A stretch of 64,000 nucleotides of DNA from Ascidiella aspersa (taxonomy: Eukaryota). Position numbers and translations under genes: made by a program. A model generated the notes under the pieces. That model was given only the letters and a program-made list of their open reading frames with translations, had not been told where the DNA came from and did not search any database. Position 1 is the stretch's first letter; each line of letters opens with the position of its first letter. This document shows, piece by piece, positions 20,801 to 32,800 of this stretch. The stretch lies in contig OZ004610.1 in NCBI GenBank assembly GCA_963924565.1, positions 5,518,001 to 5,582,000 on the forward strand, read 5' to 3'.

Positions 20801-23800
20801 TCAAGGTTACAGGGTTTGTGGCAAGCGAAAGGAAATCACAGTGCGCTATACCGGGAGATGCCGCATCGTATTAGATCGATGCTGTGGCTGGTTGAGTTGT
20901 CGTATTGCCGAACAAATTCACACAAAAATGTGTAAAATTTTAAGGTAACTGGTAAACATATTAGGCTTCGGAGCATAATGGTTGGAGGTGGTAGTGAGAC
21001 GTAATATCTGTGCCTTCTTACAATGTTGAAAATGAATAAAGAGTTATTCGAAACCTTGAAAATGATACCTACTTCTGTATGGGCTTTGATATTCTTATTA
21101 CATATTAAGCTTATATAATATAAGTCGTGGAAGTCAAATGAGGGTATTCAAATAGGCAAATAAGATTATTAGTTTTTAATTTTTTTAAAGTAGTCGCGAA
21201 CCACTTTGTTCAATTCACTTCAAAATTTCGATTTTTATCGAACTTAAACTCGTTGCTTATTGACATCTCCCGGTATCGCCATACTGATTAGGTAACGTAT
21301 CACATACAAAGCAACGTATAGTCAAAAAAGCGGTCGGTTAGTAGGGTCAGTATGGACAAAACAACGTCGACAAGCCGCTATAGTCTAAACGCACACACAT
21401 ACACAAACGAACGAGCTTGGTACAGTTAAACGTCAAAAAGTACATCAAAATGATCTAAAAACACCGACCTGGCTGGTTTGGCCGTTGAGCAGAGCGTAGC
21501 TAGCAGCAGCAGCCGCCGATCCGCCAGGGGCGCTGGCGCTGGTCGACGGCAGACTGAAGGCTGTGAGCTGTGCACTTTGGGCGGCGCCTGGTCCGGCTAA
21601 CTGGAGCATCGGGAAAGAAGCGGCTGCGAGGAAGGTAAGGGTAACAACATTGTGTGTCAAAGCCCATACAGAAGTGGGTACTATTTTGAACGTTTCGAAT
21701 AACTCTTTATTCATTTTCAAAATGACTATGTCCATAGAATGATAACCATTAAACCGATAAAAGGATGGTGGAAACGTTAGGTCTAATTTAACGGCAATTA
21801 AAAAAAATAACATTTCTTAAATTTGATCACAAACATGTACATAACAGTAGCCAAGAAATGCTATAGTAATCAAGATGATTTTATTTAGTGGTAAAAGAAT
21901 ACATATTGATTTCGTCAGCAAAGGCACCGTGAGTATACCTTAATTCAAATCAATGGAAAGAAAAAAAAATGTATTCAGCATTTTATCCCACCCAAATACA
22001 AAGAATTGTGCTTTGAAAACTCAGCCATACACTTATCAAACATTTTATTTAGTGTTAAGCATATTCAAAAGCATCGTCAAGCATGCCTTGATTCGAATGA
22101 ATCGAAAGAAAAAAACCTGATCTATTTTGCATTTTTTTTTCAACCAAATCCAAAAACAACGCATAAGTGCGACTCATAACTGGGTCATTTTCGCGATCAC
22201 ACGGCTAAGCAAAAAACCAATCCACCTATACACTTACCCTGCTGGTAATACGCAGTGGGCGAGTGCAGGCTCTGATGGGGCAGAGTGGCCAGTCCCTGGA
22301 GGGCCGCCGCGTTGCTGTAGCCGTACAGCGCCGCCAGGGTCGCCGCGTTCTGGGAGCTGGTGGGGCTTGGGGCCAATCCGGGGGAAGACCCGAGTCCGGA
22401 AGCCGATGACGTAATAATGGACGACTCGAGGGCGTGTCTCTTGAGCGGTGGCTGACCGATGCCCGAGCCGTTGGTCATCTGCGCAAGGGAGAATTGGGAG
22501 GTGTGGTGGTTTGGGGAACGGACTTTTGTCAGATTTTTTAAAAGTTATTTGCGCGTGTTTGGCGCTAGGTCGGAGACGTTTATTGCGAAGGTCAACTGTG
22601 GTTGACAACGTTTAGCTCAGCGTTTCTCAGCCTTTTATGGCTAGTGGCACCCCTCAGAAATAATAAATAGATTGCGGCACCCCTACAAGAATTTCCGTAG
22701 GTAATTTGCTAGGATGTTACAATAAACGGAACTGGAACTACACACATCAACTCTACACAAAGAAGGAAGTCATAATTAAAGTTATTCGACTCTTACACAA
22801 AAATAAAAAAATATTTTCAACATGTTAAACAAGCGGGAGTTTATGGGTTTTACTAACCACGAGAGAAAAAATCTGAGATTAATTGGTGTAAAGTTAAAGT
22901 CTGGAGGTTTGATCGCATAAAAATGATAGAAATGCTTAAAATGAAAATGAAAATCTTTAAACTCAAAAGAATATTTAGAATAACGTTGATGTCCGATTGT
23001 TGTGAATATTTTTTCGTTCAGGTGTTTAAAGGTATAAAAGTCTACAATGCTCTCTTTGGAGTGCGTAAACAGTTTAAGGGTATCATTTAGAGAAGGGTCA
23101 TATACTTTGAAAAGGGTCGACAAGTGGTCCAACGGTGACAAATTGATGATTAGGAAAACACAAACAAGGCGAAAAACCGGTAGCAAGTCATGCAGTCGTG
23201 AAAAGTAAGACACAAGTCGCCCAAGGGCCGCATGCAAAAAAGGCTTTCCCGGTTAAGTAAGCCGATACCAATTAACGCATAACGAACACAGCGTATGGTA
23301 ATCAATCAAGCTCACAAAAGCCGTCATTGAAATTTCAAGAGCGCTTTGTATACAGATCAAATTATGGGAATATTTGGGGTAAAATTTAAGTATATTTAGT
23401 TTTATTTTAGCTTACCACGTCCTCCAGTGTAAGAACCCGTTTGGGAGCCTTGTTAGTGGTGGGGTGGTGGGGGTAAATTTTGGGGTGAGACGGGGTGAAA
23501 GCAGGCAAGAGGTGAAAAAGCGGGGGGGTAACAAGCAGAAAGCGAAAAGAAGAGCAGCAGTGGGTAAAAGAAATAATAAAAATCGCCATTAATCAGTGGT
23601 AAAACTCATTTAAGTATAGTTTCAAATACAAACGCTTTACACCTCGTCAGTGGTAATTAATTAATTATAGTAATGACAAAGCATGGCAAAGGGCAGTACA
23701 TCATTTTTGTATAACTATATCGCTTTATGTTTACAGAGAGCTATACATTACAATAAACGAAATGATTGCACGTGAAAAAATGACATAAAAGCCATATGAC

Positions 23801-26800
23801 TGCTATTTGGTATTACATATTTCTAATCAATTCATTGCAATGAAAGAGCAAGACTTGTTGTTGTATTTAAGCATTTTAAATAATTTGTGTGTACAAACGT
23901 AGTTTTAATATTACGATTTTGCTTGCATTAAGAAAAAAAATCTTCGGAAAAAAGGTTCGGAATTTAAAGAAAAGTGAACGAGAACTAGCCGAGATATGTT
24001 CGATTGCTGAAAAAGGAAAGGTAGCAACATAAGGGCGCACCAAGGGCCTCCGGTTAACCGCGCACCTCTTTATTGCAGTTAAAGCACACAAAACACACAC
24101 ACGCACACCAGAAACACTGCAAATTACTACGTCGACAACCGGTTGGCATTCCGGCTGAAAAATCGACGACATGCGAGGGAAAGACGAAATAAAACAAAAC
24201 AGCACTGCCATGAGTGGATGTCGTGCGTTTATATGACGACGGCATTATGAGCATTGCGGGATGCAGCGGCTGCTAAGCTCGGTCAGGTACCAGCCCCAAT
24301 CGAAATGTATACGTCGTACAGGGCTCGAAATTTGTTTTTTGGGAATATTTCGAGCCCTGCGCTGGTACGAGGCCCAGCAAAGCGGCCGATCTTTCGCAGT
24401 GCTTAATGGGACCTACCATGACGGTGGGCTGCGGTGTTAGTGACGGCAGAAAAGCGGCGGCGCCCGGATTCTGAGCGGCGCGGATTTTGGCCTGCAATGA
24501 ATTAAAAGCAAAAACACGGGGTAAATTGCTGGGCGCGATCGGCCGGGTGTGAAGGGGGTAAGCGGTAGAAGGATGTCCGGCAATCTGTGCATTGTTTCGA
24601 TACGGACAACTGGTATTTTGCGAGCACCGATACCCGATATTATCGGACATCCCTAGTAAGCGTGACGCGGTAGCACATAGAAGTCGTGACACGATGCGCG
24701 CAGCTGTAGGTGAGGAAACGCCGTTTCCACGCGTTCCAACAGCACCGCTGCATTAGAAAGGAGAAAATGACAATGAAATAAGCGCGGATTCACGCGTTCG
24801 ATTAAAATGGCGATCGAAAACGAAGTTTGAGATTCGCTTTTCGCGCCACGAAAAATCACATTGAGGGCTGTTAAAAGGGTAGGAGGTAATATGGGCAGAC
24901 AAATCAAGTTCGGATAAGCTCAGATTAGGAATTATACCACAAAACCGATTGGGTACACACGCGGTCTTCAACGCTTCTCTTGCTTTGCTGTTTTTTGAGT
25001 TGACCGAAAATTTACTGAAAAAGTGGGATGACGATTTGGTATAGACATGACTCCGCGGAGTTGTTTTTTTGATTTATAAATTAACCTTGTTTATAACCCA
25101 CAAAGTTATTCTACCAATTTTAAATCAAGGGACTACGTTTTAAATAACCTTATACGATTGCTATGGCGTTACATGGAGGCCAGTCAGCTGTCTTAAGCAG
25201 TTTAAAACTTATAGAAAATTTAAATCAACTTGAATTGATGTCTTAACTTAACACGGCCATTTTGATAGGCCCACCTGAATATTTGTCTATAGCACTCCCA
25301 AGCGACAGGTCAAAATATATTGACGACAGTCTTGTAATGCGTTTATAATGAATGACTTGACCTACGCGTACTTAAATACTTGTCATTAAACTACTTTATA
25401 CAAAAAACCTCGGCAAATTGACTGAAATAAAACAAATACGGGACAAGCGTTTACGGAATCAAATAATAAACAATCAAAATACGGGACGAGTTATCGATTT
25501 CAATAGTTTACCATTTGTTCTATATTCAATGATTTAACTTGCCATTGTATGATGTCTTTTATTTGAAACGACTGGGCTTGGACTTATTCGCAAGCAAGTC
25601 AAGTTGGACTTACAGGCCTTATAAAAAAACAATTATATAACAAGGATTTTTTTTTAAATTTCAACCTAAATCTGAATTTTCCATTTGACGTAGCAGGGTT
25701 AATACTGAACCAAAGGTGCTCAGATTTGGTTTGTGTGGTTTTTAATCGTAACCTAACAATTCTTGGGGGGCCCACAAAAATTCGAAAAAAAGTGTTTTTT
25801 TGATCAATATACAAATTTCAAAATCGCATTTTGATTAAGGTCTAGACATGTATATGACAAAAAAGCATACGAAAACGCCGACGGCAAGCGCCCTTACCTG
25901 CAGATGGGTGGGCGGGTGAAAGTACTTGCACTTCTCGCGCGTGCACCGGCCCTTGATGCAATCCATGCAGACCGTGACCGTGTTGTCGGTCACGTCGATC
26001 ATCGATCTGTCCGGTGGGTGGCAGTAGCGGCACTCGTACTCGCCACGTGTGCAGTTGCCACGTTGGAAGTCGCGGCATACCTGGGTTAAGGAAAGCGGGT
26101 GTTCTTGTCAAGCGTTGTACGGTTATATGTTTGGAGTTTTACATTCTCAACGGACACCGAGCTTAAATCTTGTCTGTCCGAAAATGTTAACCCGGGAAAT
26201 TGTTTTTGTCTAAGGCAGGGGTTGCTAACCTGGGGTACGTGGACTCCTTGGGGCTACATGAACTAGTTTTAGGGGGTTATTAAGGCCTAATTGAATTTTG
26301 GGTGTATACTTTTAAAACTTGAATGAATTTATACGTTAGGAGTTTCGCAGTCTTAACGGGCACTAAATTTTATCTTGCCTGTCCAAAAAGGTTGATGTCG
26401 TTTTTTTTTTAAATCGGGCGAAATATTATGTTCTTCGAAAACTTCGAAAACCCTGGGGTCCGTGAACTCCTTGGGGTACATCAACTAGTTGAAGGGGGTC
26501 CTTAAAGGCCTAATTCCATTTTGAGTGTATAATGTGAACAATAGAATAATTTTTTTTTACATTTAAAAAAAAAACACGTTACTTTATGAATGTATTTCAG
26601 CATCACATTTGCTGGAAGTGGATTAAGGAAAAGGTGTTCTTGTCAAGCGTTGTATTGTTATATGTTAGGAGTTTTGGAGTCTCAACAGGCATTAAATTTA
26701 AATCTTGTCTGCCCCCCGCCATTTTAAACAATAAAACGGACGAATTTTTTTATCCCTCAAAAACCTGGGGCGATTTTGTTGTTTAAGGCAGAGGGTTCTT

Positions 26801-29800
26801 AAACTGGGGTCCGTGGATGCCTTGGGGCTACATAAAATAGTTTTAGGGGCTCTACGAAGGCTTAATTGTATTTTGAGTGTATAATTTAAAAACTTGAATA
26901 AATTTTCAAAAGAAAATTATTTAATTAAAAATATTTCAGCTTCACATTTGTTCGACTGAAAACAGCAGGTTGCCGCGCTGAAAGTCGTGGTACACCTAGG
27001 TTAAGGAAAAGCGGTGTTCATGTCAGGCGTTGTATAGTTATATTAGGAGTTTTGGTGTCTCAACGAGCAGTGAGCTTAAATCTTGCCTGTCCATAAAAGT
27101 TTTTTTTTTTTTGGAAACCCGGGGTGATTGTTTTGATTTTGTAAGGCAGAGGGCTCTCAATCTCGGGTTCCCCGAAATTAAGGGTACATAAAATAGTTTC
27201 AGGGGTTCGTCAAGACCAAATTGAACTTTGGGAGTGAAATTTGAAAAATAGAATAATTTTATCAAATAAATTAATTCTAAGAAAAAAAGTACCCCCTGTT
27301 CGGTCTTCAGTTATGTAAGATGGCACGTTTTCATAAGGTATAAACTGAGCAAAGCTATTTGCTTACTAAATGACTTACTCCCCTCAGTGCCAGTATAAAA
27401 AACATTTATGTGGCCAGTTTTTTAATATTTCAACCGTTAAAAAAATTCGCGGTCTGTATTGTCAGGTTATTTCTGACTGGGAATTCCCACATTCGAGCAA
27501 GCGCAAGTTGAAAGGAACAAAAGGAAGCGAATTCAAGACGGACACGTAGAGCGGATTTGTCTCTCAGTCAGGAAATGACCGGAGCAAATAACGTTCGCGT
27601 CAACCGAGATCATCTTTTCGCTCCACAAAATAGAAAGCACCCGTCCCGAAAAAACAACATCAGAGATGTTGGACAAGGGCAAAAAATAAAGGAGGGCCGC
27701 CCGGGGCCCACAGACCGTGGCTAAACCGCAACGGAAGCGGCCGAATGAGAAACGACCCCCGTGTGTCTTGAAGCGGTTTTGAGTGGACGAAACCCGAAAC
27801 CTGCCTGTTTGAGAAAGCGCAATACCATAGCTTCAAAATCAACCCCCACAAACACACACCGCCGCTGCGAAAGCAGATCGCCTTGTGGTTGAGCGTTGGG
27901 CGTTCTAGGAGGCTGCCCGCTTATATGGCGAGGTTTTGGGGGTCGGGGGTTTAAGCGGCAGACGGCAGGAAACCCTTGCGAACGTCGTTCATCACCCGGG
28001 CGCCGTTCCAAGGTTGGAATTTGCATTCTCATCGTTCCACCCCCTTAAGCTACACACATAGACGCAACAAGCCTTTCGCTCACTCTCGAGAAAGAAAATC
28101 ATCTTTGGGAAGTTTTTCTAGCCACGACCGCGCTGTGTTCCCGTGGAAGTAACTGAACGATTTAAGGCTGAAAATTTGCTTAAACGTGTCGGTTTTCCGA
28201 GAGGTTGTCCACCCTTTTATCGACATTTTTTTAAATTACATTAGCGCTAAGAGTAAGTTTTTGTGAATAGCCGTATTTGTATAATTCTATATACATGGGT
28301 TAATCAGGTGGCACTATATAAAGACAAACTGTATTGAAATTTTGACAAGCTGTCGCACAGCCGTGCTATATCAGGTTAAAAGTAGAAATGAAATCGATTA
28401 AAATGCTAATAATGAGGATTTACAAATGAAATATATACAATGGCGTGAATCTAAAAAGAAATTTTAAACGTGCTAAGGATATCAAGGAAATTATCGGATA
28501 TACCAAAGACCATACCTAAGTCATAAGACTTTACATACGTTTCGAAAACACCTTTAATTATTTTCAATTTTTTCGAAAACACCTTTAATTATTTTTTCAA
28601 TTTTCTTGGCTTTAACATTTTTAACATGCCCCGGACCTATTGTTTTACCATGCTTAGCCGCCAATTCAACAAATTGGGCAACAATAGCTTCGCAAAAAGC
28701 GCATAAACACGGCAAGCCATTAAGCGCATGTGCGTGAAAGCGTGACGAAAAGGAGTTTCCGCCGTCACGCATGGTTGAGCGAGGGGATCGGGTTTAAAGG
28801 ATGAGGCGGATTAGGGCTTCGCGTTACCAGCTGAAACTCGGCATCTTTAACCGTAAAAGCGACGCACTTCAACGTGATCTCGTCGTCTACTTTGTCTGCG
28901 ATACTCGGTCGTTTTCGATTTCTGGCATTTCTCACGTACGCGCTAAAGCACTGCTTTCCAACCAGTGGGTCGCAAAGCATTTCGAAATGTTACAGTTTTC
29001 ATTAGATCTGGAAATTATTACATTATCATTGCGTAACATTTATAACAATATCACAAGTACGTAACAATCAGATGTGTTGTGTGGCATAAACTATTTCAGT
29101 ACGTACGCCAGTAGTAAATATACAGGTTTTATGTAACTTCATTTGTTTGTTAATATCTCATTGTGGGTCGCACAATAAAACTTGCATTAAAAGTGGGTCG
29201 CGAACTGAAAAATGTTAGGAAGCACTGCGCTTGAGCACGGTTGCAATATGCGTCAGCCTCTATGGGGCGGAAGTCGTTGGTATGAAACATGAAAAATCTT
29301 GTAATTTTTTAACGTAGATATTTGTTTAATACAATTTGTCTTTATATAGTGCCACCCGATTACTTTATTTAGAATTAGACAAACACGGTCATTTACAAAG
29401 ATAAAAGATATTGCGTTCGTTTTGTGGATTATTTGTTAGGGAACTTCGTTGGTCTTTCGATATATGAAAAACGTTGCTTGATAATTAATCTCAAGCCAAA
29501 AAGGTCGAGTAAATCGACATCATCTTCACAAAGACGTTTTTCGATACTTACCTGTATAATCATCAGTCAATGCGACTGATATATATCCAAAGCCCACCTA
29601 TTTCGGCTTTGAGATTTTTTCTCAAGCTACATTACAGATCCGAAGTGTACAAGAAAACCGTTGATCTTGTAAGTCAGGAACATTTTTTTTCAATTTGATT
29701 TATCCCTGGTATATTTGTGTCGTAAAATCAGCGAAGGCCGCTTTTTATGAGCAAAGCGTTTGAGACTTTTTTTGGGAATCTATTTTTTAATACTTTTTAA

Positions 29801-32800
29801 ACGGTCGTTTTTCTCTGTGTTTCAATGAGGAGCAGCAAAATCTGTGTATCACGATCTTTCGTGCACGCTGGATGCAAGTAGCGATACCAGTATTCATTCA
29901 TTTTATTTCAAGGGAGCAGCTAATTGAGGTGTTAAGAAACAAAAACTAAGGGTCCTAATTTGTATTGATGCTAACGGGGGTTACTTTTATCATGAGTTAT
30001 CATTGTCATTCATATTTACTTCCTGGAGGCTGGATTCTTCACAGTGACTTTCCGAACACTTGACTACACACTACTTGTAATTTTTTAACGTAGATATTTG
30101 TTAAAAAATCGAAATAAAAAGCGAAAAAGCAAATCAACAAAAAAACGCGATCTTACCTCTAGTTTGTCGGCCCTGAAGGCACCAGCAGAGGGCAGCATAG
30201 CAGCGGCCATTTGCTGTGAAGCTGCGTGTTGCGCGAGCGCCAACTGGTGGTGACTCGGTGACGCAGCGACCGGGTAATACGTCATGTAGTGCTGGTTGAG
30301 ACTGGACAGTTCAGCTGCTGAACGGTAATGGAAAAGTACTTGTTATTAAGCCGCCCTGAACTGCGTCGTATAGCCGGCGAGACAAGTTTGAAAAAAGGCG
30401 AGAGAAAATAATTTATTGGGTCGGTTAATGGCCGCGTGAAAGCGATTATTTGTGAAACTGATTGGATCTATAATGGACAGTGGTTCAACGAGAATTCAAC
30501 GAAAAGTATTAAACTTTTTTTGACAACTCAAAAACTCGTTTGATGCTGTTTTTTTTTCGATACGCCGGTATAGACGGCGAGACGAACTTTGCCAGAAAAA
30601 AAGAAAAAAAAGGCTAGATAAACTGATTTATGGTGTCGGTTAATGGCCGCGTGGAAGCGGACTGGGTCTACATTGTACAGTGCTTCTAAGAGAACTCAAA
30701 CTTTTTATTTAAACAAAAATGATTAAGATTTTTAACAGCACAAAAACTTGTTTGATTATAATGAATGCCGAGGCCAAAAGGTCGACCAAATCGAAATCAT
30801 CTTGATAAAGACGTTTCGATGCGCACTTCTATCATCATCAGTTAAAGTGTATAAGTCAAGATGATGTCGATTAAGTCGAAGTATTTGGCTTTAAAGTTCA
30901 TTGTCAAGATACATTACAGATCCGCGCATAGTGTTTCTTAAGTATGTTTGTATCCAAAAAAACTCCTTTTTCTCACTAAAAATAAAATTTTACCCTAAAC
31001 TATATTCTTTATAAATACAAACTTAAAGTGACGTGGCAGAAGGAAATAGAAAACGAATATTTTTCAACATTCATAAATATGTGGTTAAAGGCCAATTAAA
31101 TGCTAGAATTGTTCTTTAAAGTAGTTACTGATAAAGGCGTATTGCGCCATCTTTTTGCTTAGCCTTTGAGTTTAAGAGAACGTGCTTATTGATTTGATGA
31201 ATGCTACGTCACGTCAGTTTCGTGTCATGCATTTAAAATATAGCACAAAAAGGAAAATTTCACTGTCATAAATATTTGTGTAATATTTGCCACTAAGACA
31301 GTTATGATTACTGTAAGACAGGCAACTTATTTTTTACCGCGGACTGCTAAATTATTTTTTTGCCTTGCATAGACCAAGGGTCGATAAACATTTTTTTGAG
31401 ATGACGTCACAATACAAATGAACTTCAGAAATTCGCTGTTTCCAGTCCAAAAATGTGAAAGTGAAATGGAATACATTTCTGGGCAAAGTTTTTTTTAATT
31501 AAACTTTTTTCTTTAAAAAATTGATTAGTTTTTACATTATACTAATATTTCAAGTAGGCTGTAATGGACCATGCAAAACTTGTCCACACACCTCCGAGGG
31601 GTCCATGGACCCCTGTTTAAAAACCCCTGCTATAAGGGAACATATCAGTTCATGGTACACAACCTTTGTTCACCCAAAAAACTAACACAGCACTCAATAT
31701 TCATAAAAGAACATGTTGCAAGACTACGCGCGTCAGCTGAAAAAGCAGCACACATATATATAGCCACGGCTAGGAGCGGCGGCGGGCACACTGCTGGCTG
31801 CTGCGGCTGCGCAAAAATCGCACACGCGAAAAGGTGGGAAAAAACACACAAACGAACAAAACACAACAACAGGTTGCATCTAAACAGAGCGCAAACACAA
31901 AGTATACCTGAGGGCAGAACGCTGTAAGTGGGTGTACCAGCGGCGGCCGTCGGAGCTGCGATGTTATGGTTATACAGGCTGCTGTGGAGGCTGTTGACCA
32001 TGTGGGCGCCGCTACCCCCCGTCATTTGCTGCAGGTTGGGACCAGCCGCGGGGTACAGGTGGGGTTTAAGCAGGGGGCGTGCACGAATCAACGGCAAAGT
32101 GGGTTCCGGGGATTTTTTAGTGGTTGGGTGTTTTTTTAGGGTTAATGGTCAAACGAAACGGGGTATGGGTGAAAGAGGAGAAGAAAACAAATATGATTAG
32201 AACACGCTATCGCGACACACGCCACAAAAAAGCAAAACAAGGGCAGCATTGTTAGTAGGCTAACGTTACAGAAAAAAACGCTAACGCCATGTGCAGCTTT
32301 TTAGCGCAAACTGTCTTTACTTGTTTATCCACACCCTCGTGGAAAAATTGTAGGCGCGAAACTCCTACACCATTGTCGCACTTGCTCTATAACACTTAGA
32401 GCAATAGGTAATGCGAACCTTAAAAAAAAATAGAATTGGAGGGCTAGAAGGAAAGTGGCTACCAATAAACTTTGGAACACAATACACGTTTTTTTAGTAA
32501 TGTTTTTTTTAGTAATCTTTTACACTGATGATGGCATGAGGTATTGCTGAAACGTCTGTAAATTGCGAAATGTCGATTGTATCGAATATTATGGCTTTGA
32601 TATTTTTTTATTTTTTTTAGGGAAGTGTCAGGAGTATTTGTTGTGCGCATGGCCAAAGAAAACTCAAAACCGAATCTTCCGAAACGAAAGGTACTAAGTC
32701 TAAGTGCCTGCTCGGGTGACGCGTCGTCCGGGTGCGACCTTTAAGCAGTCATTCGGGTCCACTTCACTTCCAAGTTGCGTAGGAAAACTTTAACCCAGAC

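Noticed and set aside
23595-23655. Hammerhead-like CUGACGA...GAAAC on the - strand
   Set aside because: Helix II is mostly G-U pairs and helix I cannot form.
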